Shown here piece after piece: positions 28,538-38,747 of a stretch of 64,000 bases of DNA. The position numbers and the translations under genes are program-made. Within the stretch, counting starts at the first letter, position 1. Each line of letters begins with the position of its first letter. Location of the stretch: assembly GCA_964570625.1 (NCBI GenBank), contig CAZMYW010000019.1:11842-75841 (forward strand), given 5' to 3'. This DNA is from an uncultured Nitrospirota bacterium. Its GTDB lineage: Bacteria; Nitrospirota; Nitrospiria; 2-01-FULL-66-17. Below the pieces are notes generated by a model. The model was not told the origin of the DNA and searched no databases. It saw nothing but the letters and a program-made list of their open reading frames with translations.

Positions 28538-30208
28538 CTACTCCGGCTGCTTCCGATCGTCGTTCCTTTCCGGTCGGACCGCCGCCGGCGCCATGTGCCA
28601 CTGCGCCTTCGGCACCACTTTGGGCTTCTCGGGATCGCCCTCGTAGGCTGGGGTCATGATTTGCACGTCATATTCGTTGAACACATCCAGAATGTTCCGG
28701 TGCATGCCCGTATACAGCACTCCCATCGCCTTGACGTCGTTGCAGTAAACATTGAGCTCATACGTGACGCAGAAATCACCGAGCGACAGCTGTCGAATAA
28801 ACGGCTCCGGGTCCTTGAGTAACCCCTCGGTGCGCTCCGCTGCCATTCTCAGCATCGCCTCGACCTGCCGCCAGGGCGTTTCGTAACCGATCCCCACGGT
28901 AGTGTGGAGAATGAGGCCCCGGGTGCGGGCCAGGGAGCTGTAGTTCACGATGTCGCTGTTGAGGATCTTCGAGTTGGGAACGATGACCTCTTCGTTCTTG
29001 ATCGTGTGTAGGTGCGTGACGAGCAGTCGGACCGTCATCACATAGCCAATCACGTCATCGATCTTGACTCGGTCGCCGACTTTGAACGCTCGGCGGTACG
29101 TCAGGGTGTATCCGGCGATGATGTTCGAAATCGCCGAGGACGAACCGAGCGACACGAGGATCCCGAGAAAGAGCGACAGGCCTTTGAACGCCGGAGACTC
29201 GGATCCTGGAATGTACGGATATGCGACCACCAGGCCGAAGCCCACCACGAACAGCCGAACGATCTTGTAGGTCGGCTGGGCCCAGTCCGCGTCGAACCCC
29301 GAAAGCGTCACGGTGCCGCGTTCGACGCCGATGAAGAACAACCTCGTTACCTTGAGCGCGTAGCGGATGACAATAAAGAGGATCGCGAGAAACAAGAGAT
29401 TCGGCAGATACGACACCACGCCGCGGCCCAGCGTGACGACGGGGTCGAGCACCCAGGCGCCCAGCTTAGCCGCGACGGGTCGCGTCCAAGGGAAAAACGC
29501 GAACGAAAATTCCACATACACGAAGAGCAGTACCAGGACGACGAGCGCGCGCAGCGTTTTGAGCCCGCTGGTCAGCGAGCCCCAGACCCGTTCGGCGTGG
29601 ATCACTTCGAACGACTTGATGGTCAACCCCTGGACTCGCGCCTTGTACCGTACCTCGAGGGCTCGCTCGGCGCGGCGAAGCGCGCGCAACACGAGCCAGA
29701 TCGAGAGGACCAGTACGACGGTCGCGATCCCGGCCGCCGCCGCGCCTTTCATCAGGCTCTCCGGGCTGCGGTCTCGGCGGTATTGCTCGATCGCGGCGCG
29801 AATCATGGCCATGTGTGCGCCCGCGACCACCTGGCGTTCCAGCCCTTCCAGTCTGGCGTCCGCGTCGAACACCGACATGAGGAACCGATCACCGGCCATG
29901 ATATCCGTGCTCGCTTCGGCCTCCACCATTCGCACGGCTTCAGGACGAACCTCCGCGTCCCGCGCGACCGCCTCGAGGCGTTTGCGAATCGCGAGCGCCC
30001 GCTTCTCCGCCGGGAATGACGTCGTACCCCGCACGGGAAACAAGACCACGCCGTCGAGCTCGACGGCCGCCATCGATTCCGCAGCCTCGAGCGCTTCGCG
30101 TGACACCTCAGCCGACTCGCCGGCGGCAGGTTGCGCCACCGGCGCCTGCCACGCCATCAGGGCCGTCGCGAGCGCGAGCGTTGCGAAAAAAACCAAGATC
30201 TGTCCCAT
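28538..30208 (-). CDS. mechanosensitive ion channel, MscS family (large, N-terminal periplasmic extension)
   Basis: The MscS core is ..GDRVKIDDVIGYVMTVRLLVTHLHTIKNEEVIVPNS.. with preceding TM helices. Confidence 0.75.
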   Translation of the reverse strand: MGQILVFFATLALATALMAWQAPVAQPAAGESAEVSREALEAAESMAAVELDGVVLFPVRGTTSFPAEKRALAIRKRLEAVARDAEVRPEAVRMVEAEASTDIMAGDRFLMSVFDADARLEGLERQVVAGAHMAMIRAAIEQYRRDRSPESLMKGAAAAGIATVVLVLSIWLVLRALRRAERALEVRYKARVQGLTIKSFEVIHAERVWGSLTSGLKTLRALVVLVLLFVYVEFSFAFFPWTRPVAAKLGAWVLDPVVTLGRGVVSYLPNLLFLAILFIVIRYALKVTRLFFIGVERGTVTLSGFDADWAQPTYKIVRLFVVGFGLVVAYPYIPGSESPAFKGLSLFLGILVSLGSSSAISNIIAGYTLTYRRAFKVGDRVKIDDVIGYVMTVRLLVTHLHTIKNEEVIVPNSKILNSDIVNYSSLARTRGLILHTTVGIGYETPWRQVEAMLRMAAERTEGLLKDPEPFIRQLSLGDFCVTYELNVYCNDVKAMGVLYTGMHRNILDVFNEYDVQIMTPAYEGDPEKPKVVPKAQWHMAPAAVRPERNDDRKQPE

Positions 30209-30227
30209 AAATCAGCGTCCTCCCCGG

Positions 30228-30971
30228 TCAGTCCCGCGTCGGTGTCCTCTCGCTGTCCGGGTTCGGCTCCATGACGTAGCGGCTCACGAGCCAGGCAATC
30301 ACAATGGCGATGTAGAACTGCCCGATCACCGCCTCCAGCGCCGCGAGGATCTGCGGAAGCGGCAACTGCGGCGTGATATCCCCGTAACCCAGCGTGGCGA
30401 TGGTGACGAAACTGAAATACAACAGCGGCGAGGGCAACGGCGCACGGTCATCAAAGCCTGGGCGGTCGGCCACGTTGAACGCCTGGGGGTCGAGCCCCAA
30501 CAACATGGTGTAGAGCAGCGCGAAGCCGACGCCGATTAGCAGGTAGGCCACCACCGCGGCGAAGATTGTGTCCAGGCTCGCACGGCGGGTCGTGATGACG
30601 TACCGGAACGTGGCCACCACCCCGGTCATGATCAAGATGAGGTACGCACTCTGGCCCGCAAAGACCGCCAGCCGATCGAACCCCTCGCCGACGTGAATCT
30701 CCCCCCACGCCATGCACAGCGTGCCGATCACCCATACGCCAACCAGAGTTCGGCCCACCATCGGCCCATGGCCCACCGCCGACAGGGTGACGAACAGGGT
30801 GTTGAGAAACATCAACGACACCAGGGAGCGCACCAGCAGCGCGTGGGGGAAGATCGCGTTGACTAGCAGGAGGACCACAACGAACACCGCCAACTGCAAG
30901 AACCGGAGGTGTTCAAACCGCGTCGGGACCATCCATCTCATCGCGAAACTCACCCCATCCACCATCACCAC
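30228..30971 (-). CDS. potassium channel family protein
   Basis: It has the K+ selectivity filter TLGYGD within FVTIATLGYGDITP. Confidence 0.75.
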   Translation of the reverse strand: MVMVDGVSFAMRWMVPTRFEHLRFLQLAVFVVVLLLVNAIFPHALLVRSLVSLMFLNTLFVTLSAVGHGPMVGRTLVGVWVIGTLCMAWGEIHVGEGFDRLAVFAGQSAYLILIMTGVVATFRYVITTRRASLDTIFAAVVAYLLIGVGFALLYTMLLGLDPQAFNVADRPGFDDRAPLPSPLLYFSFVTIATLGYGDITPQLPLPQILAALEAVIGQFYIAIVIAWLVSRYVMEPNPDSERTPTRD

Positions 30972-30989
30972 GCGCGTCGTGATCGTTTT

Positions 30990-32078
30990 CTAATGCGCCA
31001 CTTCGGGAATGAAGTAGAACATCAGAGCGATAATCACATACACCGTGGTGAGCTGCACGCCCTTGAACCAGTTCGATTGACCGTCGCCGCAGACCAAGGT
31101 TCCGATTAACACGGCGAGAAACAATGAGCCGACCTCCGCGCGATTAAACGAAAGGTCGAACGGCTGCGGCGCGATCACGTAGCTCATCAACACCAGCACC
31201 GGGGCGACGAACAATGCGATCTGGATACAGCTCCCCAATGCGATACCCACCGACAGATCCATCTTGTTCTTGCGAGCCATCGCAATCGCGGAACTGCTTT
31301 CCGCCGCGCCGCCGATGATGGCGAGGAACACGATGCCAATGAACGTCTGGGACATGCCCAGCGCCTTTCCGGTCTCCTCGGCCACGCCAACGAGAATTTC
31401 ACTCATCCACGCGGCAAGCACGGCCGCCGCCAGCAGGCCGCCGATGGCCCGCGGCAGGCTCCATGGCGGACCCTCGTGGTGCGCGTCCCCCGTGCCGTCC
31501 GCGCTGGCGAAGACGCGTGGATGCGTGACGAGCGAGAACACCAAATACAGACCGTAGGCCAGCAGGAGTACCACCGCGATGCCGAGGTTCAGGAGTTGCT
31601 CCTGTGGAATCGTGCCTTCCGGCGCAAAGTACCGGCTGAAGGCACTCGGAACAATCAGGCTGATGACCGCGAGCAACATCATCGTACTGTAGGCGTGCGC
31701 GGCGGCGGGGTTGAATTGCTGGTCGCGGTGACGAAAGCCGCCGAGCAAAAAGGCGATGCCCAGGGCGAGCAGCAGGTTGGCCAGAATCGCGCCGATGAGC
31801 GCTCCCCGCACCATGTCCAGGTAACCCGCCTTCAACGCCACGAATGTGATGATCAGCTCCGGGGCGTTGCCAAAGGTCGCGTTGAGCAGGCCGCCGACGG
31901 AATCGCCGGTGCGCGTGGAGATCTGCTCCGTGGCCATGACGATGAGCCTCGCGATGGGAACGATGGCGAGCGCGGCCGAAAAGAACACGGCGGACGCCGG
32001 CATCGTGCCCGCGTGTTCCGCCACCACGGTCACGGGAATGAACACGAAGAGCCAGTTGAGCGACGGCTTCAGTGTCAT
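30990..32078 (-). CDS. Ca2+/H+ antiporter (CaCA/CAX family)
   Basis: It has GNAPE (ATFGNAPELIIT) and a second GGAAE alpha-repeat motif, with about 10-11 TM helices. Confidence 0.75.
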   Translation of the reverse strand: MTLKPSLNWLFVFIPVTVVAEHAGTMPASAVFFSAALAIVPIARLIVMATEQISTRTGDSVGGLLNATFGNAPELIITFVALKAGYLDMVRGALIGAILANLLLALGIAFLLGGFRHRDQQFNPAAAHAYSTMMLLAVISLIVPSAFSRYFAPEGTIPQEQLLNLGIAVVLLLAYGLYLVFSLVTHPRVFASADGTGDAHHEGPPWSLPRAIGGLLAAAVLAAWMSEILVGVAEETGKALGMSQTFIGIVFLAIIGGAAESSSAIAMARKNKMDLSVGIALGSCIQIALFVAPVLVLMSYVIAPQPFDLSFNRAEVGSLFLAVLIGTLVCGDGQSNWFKGVQLTTVYVIIALMFYFIPEVAH

Positions 32079-32159
32079 GGCCTGAGCATCGACGGTCCGA
32101 TCTCCTTTGGTAACCCCGTCGCCCCCCCCGGTATCCCGCCGACGACGGAAGGCCGGCGG

Positions 32160-33635
32160 TTAGGGCGAGGATGACGCGGCTTGCTGCTCGGGGCGCGTCT
32201 CGAAGCTCCCGCCGAGCGCAAGGTGCAGGTTGACGCGCTGGCTCAATTGCTCGCTCTGCACGCGCAGCAGCACCAGCCGCGCGGCATGGACGTTCAACTG
32301 CTGCTGCTGCACGCTCCGCAGGTCCTGCCGACCCACACGGTAACCGATCTGCGCCAGCTCCAGGCCGCGTTCGCTGTCCGTGACGACCTGGCGCAACACG
32401 GTTTCACGCTCAGCCAGATTTTGACCGGCGGCAAGGGCGTTCTCGACGTCGCCGATGGCGCGCAACGCCATGCCGGCGTATTGTGCGACGGCTTCCTTCT
32501 GCTCCAAGGTGCGAATCTCGACTTGGGTCGTCAATGCGCCGCCCGTGTAAATAGGAGCGATGAGCCTGCCTCCGACACCGGCGGTGGGGTTTTCGAAGTC
32601 CTGCTTCAACTGCAAGATGTCGCTGCTGATGGCCGCGATGCTGGTGTTGAGGATGATCCTCGGCAACCGCGCGGCTTTGGCCTCGCCGACGCGGTTGAAC
32701 GCGGCGGCGACCCGGCGTTCGGCGGCCACCATGTCGGGACGGCGCTCCAACATGTCGAGCGGCATGCCGGCAGGTACGGCACCGGGAAACCCCGGGAGGT
32801 CGTGTCGCGCCTGCAACTCAGCGGCGGGATAACGACCCAGCAACAGTTCGATCCCGCGGAGCGCCTGTTCGTGGGCGAGTTTCACCTGCCGCGCGGTGTC
32901 TTCGAAATTGCCGCGGTTGGCGCGCGCCACCGCCACGTCCTGCTCGCTGCCGGAACCGACCTGGCGGCGCTTTTCAGCCAGCGTCACGAGTTCCTTTGCG
33001 ATGGTCACCATGTCATCGGCCAACTGCTTCTGGAGCCAGGTCTCGGTGGCCATGAACCAGTTCTTCGCGGTGGTGGCGGCAAGTGACTGGCGGGCGAATT
33101 CGAAGTCGGCCTGCACCGAGGCGTGCGCGGCCTGTGCCGCGTTGCGGCCGTAACGCATCCGTCCCCAGAGGTCTGGTTCCCACGATGCGCCCAGGGAGAT
33201 GCCTTGCAGAGCGGAGCTGACGTCGCCGCCGCCCATGTTGAGACCGCCGGTGCCCAAGACATTCACGGTCGGGCGCAGCGCGGCCTTGGCAAGGTTCACG
33301 TATGCAGCGGCTTGCTCGACGCGCACAGTCGTGACGCGAAGGTCGGGATTGTTGGTGATCGCCTCGGCCACGAGCGCGTTGAGTTGCGCATCGTCGAAAC
33401 CGGCGAGCCACTGGTCCTGGACACCATCGGACGATCCGCCGGCCTTCCAAGGCTGAGTGAGTGTGAGATTCGCGAGCGCCTGCCGCTGGAGTTCCTCGCG
33501 AGAGGGAGGAGACAAGGTTTGGCAGCCGGCCACGAGAATCGCGGTACCGATCAGGACCACCAGACCCAGTGGCGCGCTCGTTCGTCCGACTGTTGCGATA
33601 GGTGAGGTGATCGTCGGCCAGCCAGGGTTATTCAT
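32160..33635 (-). CDS. efflux outer-membrane factor lipoprotein (TolC/NodT family)
   Basis: It has a lipobox LVAGC and long coiled-coil/beta-barrel OMF repeats. The track ORF is extended upstream by 50 codons. Confidence 0.75.
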   Translation of the reverse strand: MNNPGWPTITSPIATVGRTSAPLGLVVLIGTAILVAGCQTLSPPSREELQRQALANLTLTQPWKAGGSSDGVQDQWLAGFDDAQLNALVAEAITNNPDLRVTTVRVEQAAAYVNLAKAALRPTVNVLGTGGLNMGGGDVSSALQGISLGASWEPDLWGRMRYGRNAAQAAHASVQADFEFARQSLAATTAKNWFMATETWLQKQLADDMVTIAKELVTLAEKRRQVGSGSEQDVAVARANRGNFEDTARQVKLAHEQALRGIELLLGRYPAAELQARHDLPGFPGAVPAGMPLDMLERRPDMVAAERRVAAAFNRVGEAKAARLPRIILNTSIAAISSDILQLKQDFENPTAGVGGRLIAPIYTGGALTTQVEIRTLEQKEAVAQYAGMALRAIGDVENALAAGQNLAERETVLRQVVTDSERGLELAQIGYRVGRQDLRSVQQQQLNVHAARLVLLRVQSEQLSQRVNLHLALGGSFETRPEQQAASSSP

Positions 33636-33797
33636 GAAGGTTCGTTGCGAAACGGTGCAGACGCCCGCGAAACGGGCGTTCGGAGCCGTGAAGGCGGGAG
33701 GCGTACTCTCTGCGGTACGTTGACCGCCTGAGCGGCGAGACCGCCCGTTACAGCGGCGTATCCACGGTTGCAGCAGAAGGTTCATGAATAATCCGGG

Positions 33798-34979
33798 CTA
33801 GTGGAGTTTGAGGATCAACCAGTCCATCTTGGAGCCGACGCGGAGGATGACCTTGCGGATAATGTGAACGATGTGACCGCTGTTGGTGTAGATCGCGCCC
33901 TGTCCGCGCGCGCCGGCCGCCAGGAACAGGGCCTTGTCCTTCTCGCCGACCGCGAGCCTGACGACGAGGCTTCCCTCCGGTAGAGGCGCGACGGCTTGGT
34001 TGGGGAGGTTTCCGCCGATCGGCAACTGACCGCCGGCCGTGGCCCAGACGACCGAGTCGACCGTGCACTTGATGATGCGGTTGGGATACATGCGCATCGC
34101 GATCTCGGCCTCGTTGCCCGGCTCGACCTGGCGCACCTCGTTCTGGTGAAAGAGCGCGACGACCCATTGCTCGCTCTCCACGAAACTCATCACCGGGGCC
34201 ATCACAAGTTGCGACGCCACCGCGCCCGGACGCAGTTGCAGGTTGATGACCGTCCCGTCCGCCGGCGCGTAATAGACGGTCTGTTCGAGGTTCCATTTCG
34301 CGTCAGCCACCTGCGCCTCGCCCTGGGCAATCTGCGCCTGGACCTGGGCAACCTCGTCCTGCTCGCCTTTGGTGTTCTTGGCGGCCAGTTTTTCCTTGAC
34401 CTGCCCTTCGGCGGCGGCCAGGGACGCGAGTTCATTCTCGAGGTTTTGCACGTCGGCCTGGGCCTGCTCCAGGTCGAACTTGCTGCCTGCTCCGGTGTCC
34501 GCGAGCTCTTGGAACTGCTCGACCCGCTTGTAGGCCAGGGTCAGTTTGGCGCTGAGCGCCTGCTTCTTGCCGATCGCGCTCTTGAGCTGTTCGTCGAGAC
34601 TGCGGGTATTGGCCTGGGCGGTCAGTAGCTTCGCGTTCAGCATCGCGAGATTGGCCTCCGCAGCCCGCACATCGATTTCGAAGGGCACGGGGTCGATCTT
34701 GAAGAGCACGTCGCCTTTCTTGACCGCCTGATTGGGCTCAACCGGCACCTCAATGACCCGGCCGGTGACTCGGGGCACCACGGCCACGGAGTAGTTGATC
34801 ACGCGAACGTCGTGCGACGACGGCGCCACGATATTGAGGACCAGGATGAGCACCGCCATCCCGATGATCGGAAGGGTAACGACGATGACCTGGCTGACGA
34901 TATTCCACGGAAGCCACTTGAACTTGAAGAAGATCAGCCACACGAAAAACGAATAGATAAGTAGTAGCAGCAATTCCAT
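33798..34979 (-). CDS. HlyD-family membrane-fusion protein (EmrA-like periplasmic adaptor)
   Basis: It has an N-terminal TM, a biotinyl-lipoyl-like VKKGDVLFKIDP motif and long coiled coils. Confidence 0.75.
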   Translation of the reverse strand: MELLLLLIYSFFVWLIFFKFKWLPWNIVSQVIVVTLPIIGMAVLILVLNIVAPSSHDVRVINYSVAVVPRVTGRVIEVPVEPNQAVKKGDVLFKIDPVPFEIDVRAAEANLAMLNAKLLTAQANTRSLDEQLKSAIGKKQALSAKLTLAYKRVEQFQELADTGAGSKFDLEQAQADVQNLENELASLAAAEGQVKEKLAAKNTKGEQDEVAQVQAQIAQGEAQVADAKWNLEQTVYYAPADGTVINLQLRPGAVASQLVMAPVMSFVESEQWVVALFHQNEVRQVEPGNEAEIAMRMYPNRIIKCTVDSVVWATAGGQLPIGGNLPNQAVAPLPEGSLVVRLAVGEKDKALFLAAGARGQGAIYTNSGHIVHIIRKVILRVGSKMDWLILKLH

Positions 34980-34982
34980 GGG

Positions 34983-35390
34983 TCAGGCGTCGCCTCGTTT
35001 TAGACGCGTGTCCGCGAGTTGGAGTTCGAGTGCCGCCACTTTGCGGCGCAGCCGTTGGAGTTCGTCGTCAGGCGCGACGCCCTCGTCGGCGTCCGCCGTC
35101 CCCTCGTGACCGTGCTCCTCGGCCACGTCGGTGCCGTAGGCCAGTTTGTACAGGACAGGCTTGGTGTAGGCCCAGATCCAGGCCAGCGGCCAGAGCAGTC
35201 CGCCGAAGGCCAACGACAGCAGGCAAAGCGTCTGAATCGCTTTGGCCTGCGGATGTTTTCGCTTCTCAGCGATCTTCTCCGGCAGGATGTGGACCAACCA
35301 GAAGATGACGATGGCAGCGACGGGCGCGACCACGAGCACCACCCACGAAATCACGTTGGCGACCGTGTCGAGCGCCTCGCCCTGGAACAT
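34983..35390 (-). CDS. DUF3302 small membrane protein (HlyD-associated)
   Basis: It has IFWLVHILPEKIAEKRKHPQ..LCLLSLAFGGLLWPLAWIWAY and is adjacent to HlyD. The start is uncertain (35390 or 35441; the track gives 35615). Confidence 0.55.
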   Translation of the reverse strand: MFQGEALDTVANVISWVVLVVAPVAAIVIFWLVHILPEKIAEKRKHPQAKAIQTLCLLSLAFGGLLWPLAWIWAYTKPVLYKLAYGTDVAEEHGHEGTADADEGVAPDDELQRLRRKVAALELQLADTRLKRGDA

Positions 35391-35677
35391 GGAGGCGCGG
35401 GCGGTGGAGGGCACCACAAGACCCAGCGCAAGCCACGACATCGGCCATGCGCGGCGGCACGATCTTAGGGTGAGCCGCACCGCCCGAGGTACGGTCGTTG
35501 ACCAGTCCGGCCGAGTGGACGACGGGAACCATGCCGAGAGGACCCAAAACGCCGTCGCAGCGACAAGCCAAGCTCGTCGCTGCGACAGGGAAGAGTTGCT
35601 TATCACGTTCATCATGTTGGCAACTCAGATCCGGGATGGTCCATCCCTGGGTCCGACCATCGACCCTCGACCACCCT

Positions 35678-36283
35678 CTACCAGGCGATCCCGAGTTTCA
35701 AGGTCCAGTACGTGAGCGTCGAGTCTGAGGCCTCAAAGCCGTAGTTGTACCTCAGAGCAAGGAGCGCCCGCACGTCGTAATCAATCTCGTACGACACCCC
35801 GACCTCCGGCGCGACGCCCCAATGCCACTGCTCTTCGTCGAACGAAAAGATCCCGATGTCGAAGCGCCGCTCCTCGTAGTAGACCCCCCCACCGAGCCCG
35901 GCGAAGAACCGGTTCTCCGGGCCCATGTAATAGTGGCCGGTCACGAGGATGGGAAACGTGTTGATGGTTCGATCCTGCGTCCCCGACAGCGTGACGTTGT
36001 TCACGGTGATAGCATCGCCGGTTTTATCATGGAGCACGTTCCAATCAAAGGAATACCCGATCGACGTGTTCCGGGAGTTGAACCATCGCCCCTCAAACCC
36101 AATGCCCCGGAAGCTCGTCTCGTCGACGAAGTCGGAGGTGTCCGACGTGGGGAGCGAAATCTCGTAGTTGAACACGCCCCACGAGTCCTTCGCCGAGGCG
36201 TCCGAACTGGGCAGAAGAACCGTTGTTAGCAGGGTGATTGCCGTGACAATCACCCACAAAAATCTCACGCGCGTGGTTCGCAT
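35678..36283 (-). CDS. small outer-membrane beta-barrel protein (OmpW/OmpA-barrel-like)
   Basis: It has a signal peptide, alternating strands and a C-terminal ..LKLGIAW. Confidence 0.5.
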   Translation of the reverse strand: MRTTRVRFLWVIVTAITLLTTVLLPSSDASAKDSWGVFNYEISLPTSDTSDFVDETSFRGIGFEGRWFNSRNTSIGYSFDWNVLHDKTGDAITVNNVTLSGTQDRTINTFPILVTGHYYMGPENRFFAGLGGGVYYEERRFDIGIFSFDEEQWHWGVAPEVGVSYEIDYDVRALLALRYNYGFEASDSTLTYWTLKLGIAW

Positions 36284-36293
36284 CGAATCCTCC

Positions 36294-36959
36294 TTACGGC
36301 AGTGTGTTCAGATAGGGTGACTGATTGAAGGCCGCATTGATCGCATTCCGGGCCCTCGAGGCAGTCGCGGACGGGGTGTCGGTGCCGGTAATCCCATTGA
36401 TGCCGGCAATCCAGAGCGGCTCAGAATTCGGGGGGAGAAGGGGATCGGGATCAATCATCGGAACAATGACCGAGCCGGTGGTGTACGAGTAGTACACCGG
36501 GTAACACCACCCGTATCCTGAGTAATACCAATCGTAATAGTAGGGATAACACGAGCCGCCGACCCACGTGCTCTGAACGGCGAACGGCGTGATTTGCACG
36601 TCGACGCCTGCTGGCGCAGTGCCATCAGGATTATTCGCCACCCGGGTGTACCCCAGAGCCTGCATGTTGGTGGCAATCGCGCCAAGAATGGCGGATTCAA
36701 CAGTGGCGTTGATCCGGTCTGCCTGGTCCGGCGGCGTGTCGGGATCCGTCACCTCGACAATCTCGTCCGGCATGGCGTAGGTGCTCAGGTTGGCAAAGAC
36801 GACATTCGGATCAAAAGTTGTGGCGATGACGTCGTAGTCCGAGGTGGACTCGCGATCGTACGGGTAGCAGCCCCCGAGTATCGGGAGGAGCCCGACGATC
36901 AGCAGGGCCACTCGTACGGACGAGCGCGCCAGCGATTGGCGTCTGCCTTCATGGTTCAT
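36294..36959 (-). CDS. lipoprotein with Tyr/Trp-rich low-complexity segment
   Basis: It has a lipobox ILGGC and GGSCYPYYYDWYYSGYGWCYPVYYSYTTG. Confidence 0.45.
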   Translation of the reverse strand: MNHEGRRQSLARSSVRVALLIVGLLPILGGCYPYDRESTSDYDVIATTFDPNVVFANLSTYAMPDEIVEVTDPDTPPDQADRINATVESAILGAIATNMQALGYTRVANNPDGTAPAGVDVQITPFAVQSTWVGGSCYPYYYDWYYSGYGWCYPVYYSYTTGSVIVPMIDPDPLLPPNSEPLWIAGINGITGTDTPSATASRARNAINAAFNQSPYLNTLP

Positions 36960-37062
36960 GGTGTGACCGTCCTTTCTCTGATGGTTTCTCTCTTGCCACC
37001 CGCAGTCCGTGCGACACTAAGCCCCGTCGCAACCCGGACCGCGCGTCTATGGACTCTCAGTC

Positions 37063-37632
37063 CTACTTCTGCGGCGCTTGAACGGAAATCGCCGTCGTCT
37101 CCGTGTAGCTCACGTAGACTTCGTCGCCCTTCTTGACGTTGTCGAACCGCTTGGCGTCCGGACCGACCTTCAGTGTTCGGCTGTTGCCCTCGGGGCCCTT
37201 GAGCGTGACCGTCCGCGCCTTGTAGTCGATCGCCTCCACCGTGGCGACAATCTCGCGCGTATTCACCTCGACGGCGCGCGGCTTTTCACCGAGCTTCGCC
37301 ACTTCCAGTGAACTGGAGCTAGCCTTGGCCAAGGGCGCCTCGCCTTTCGGCACCACCAGCAGCGCGAGGGATTCCACCTGCTCCACGACGAGCACGTCAC
37401 CCTTCTTCACCTGCTTGAAGTTCTTGACCTCGGGGCCCACGTCCATCGTCGTCGTGCTCTTCCCATCCTCGCTCCGGAGCACTACGGTCCGTTTGTCGTA
37501 GTCAATGGCGTCAACCGTGGCCTTAATCGTCGTCGACGACGCGATGATACCGGCCGGTTTGTCGGCCGGGTCCCCGGCGAGTACGGGAGAAGTCATCGCA
37601 AGCACTGCAGCAATCAATATGAGATGAAACAT
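37063..37632 (-). CDS. secreted protein with two tandem ~75-aa repeats
   Basis: It has a signal peptide MFHLILIAAVLAMTSPVLA. The repeat IKATVDAIDYDKRTVVLRSEDGKS..KKGDVLVV parallels IVATVEAIDYKARTVTLKGPEGNS..KKGDEVYV. Confidence 0.5.
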   Translation of the reverse strand: MFHLILIAAVLAMTSPVLAGDPADKPAGIIASSTTIKATVDAIDYDKRTVVLRSEDGKSTTTMDVGPEVKNFKQVKKGDVLVVEQVESLALLVVPKGEAPLAKASSSSLEVAKLGEKPRAVEVNTREIVATVEAIDYKARTVTLKGPEGNSRTLKVGPDAKRFDNVKKGDEVYVSYTETTAISVQAPQK

Positions 37633-37681
37633 GGGAATACCTCCTTGTGAGTGTTGAGTTGAACGTCTATGGATAACCCGG

Positions 37682-38554
37682 CTAAAACCGGATGCCCACA
37701 CCCGCGTAAAACCCGTGCATCGCCATCTCCCACACGAACCCGTCGTCGGAATAGTCCTGGAAGAGCGCGCGATACCCGCCTTTGGCCACGAACCGCTTGG
37801 TGATCTCCCAGTTGATGCCGGCCAGCGCTTGCCCAGTCACGTCCGAGCCCACGCCGAAGCCCCCGAGGTCCGCGTACCCTACTGCCGTCCAGCGCTCCGC
37901 GAACGGGAAGAGGAGCCGGAAACCGAAGATCGGATCCCACCAGCTCTGCTGGTCGCTGACGCTGCGCGAGCCACCCGGCAGCGTCCCTCCGGTGGTCGTG
38001 GTCAGCGTGAGATGGGAGTCAAGGCTGGTGTAGCGCGTTCCGAAGATCAGATCGACCATGGAGCCATCATCCACGACGCGTTTTGCCAGAGACAGTTGGA
38101 AGATCTCGTCGGTCACATCCGCCGCAAGGTCGCCGGTTGCGGTCCCGATACCTCCGGGTCCCTGCCACGCTCTGGTGCCTTCGCCCTTGAGGTGAAAATA
38201 CACGCCGTCGAAGAGCAGCCCCCAGGATCCCTTCCGCGCCTCCACCGCCCCCATAAACGCGCTGTCGAGTCGATCCAGGATGTCTCCGACCCCCATGTCC
38301 ACGTCGGCCGTCACGCCGGCCACCCCCGCAGTACCGTCAAGACCCGCGGCGACGAAATACGGGGTGACCTCGAACTGCCACTTTTCGGGGGCCGGAGCTG
38401 GGGCTGGAGTCGTGGTTGGAGCCGGAGTCGTCGCTGGAGCCGGCGCTGGGGTCGGGGCTGGTACCGGTTCCTGCGCCTCGACGGAGCCGGAGGGAATGCC
38501 CACCCAGGCAACTGCCAGCAGCAGCGCCAGCCCCACACAAACTATTTCACGCAT
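37682..38554 (-). CDS. outer-membrane beta-barrel protein with Pro/Thr/Ala-rich linker
   Basis: It has a signal peptide, a PAPTPAPAPATTPAPTTTPAPAPAP linker and a C-terminal ..GVGIRF. Confidence 0.5.
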   Translation of the reverse strand: MREIVCVGLALLLAVAWVGIPSGSVEAQEPVPAPTPAPAPATTPAPTTTPAPAPAPEKWQFEVTPYFVAAGLDGTAGVAGVTADVDMGVGDILDRLDSAFMGAVEARKGSWGLLFDGVYFHLKGEGTRAWQGPGGIGTATGDLAADVTDEIFQLSLAKRVVDDGSMVDLIFGTRYTSLDSHLTLTTTTGGTLPGGSRSVSDQQSWWDPIFGFRLLFPFAERWTAVGYADLGGFGVGSDVTGQALAGINWEITKRFVAKGGYRALFQDYSDDGFVWEMAMHGFYAGVGIRF

Positions 38555-38731
38555 GCGTGTCAGTTCGATGACACCCGCACGATCAGGCGCTTCGCACTTC
38601 ATTGTGCGTCCCATAACCGTCTCCTTTGCCACGGGACAAGCGCGACCCGCACCACGCGGGTCGTCCCAAAACGCTGTCCCGTTAAACTGAACCGCCATAA
38701 TATTAAAATGAGTTCTAAAGATCCAGGGCTA

Positions 38732-38747
38732 CTCGTAAATCTACGAG
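38732..38747 (+). promoter_or_regulatory. perfect palindrome CTCGTA-AATC-TACGAG (copy 2 of 2)
   Basis: Read directly in the intergenic region between OMP genes. Confidence 0.3.
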
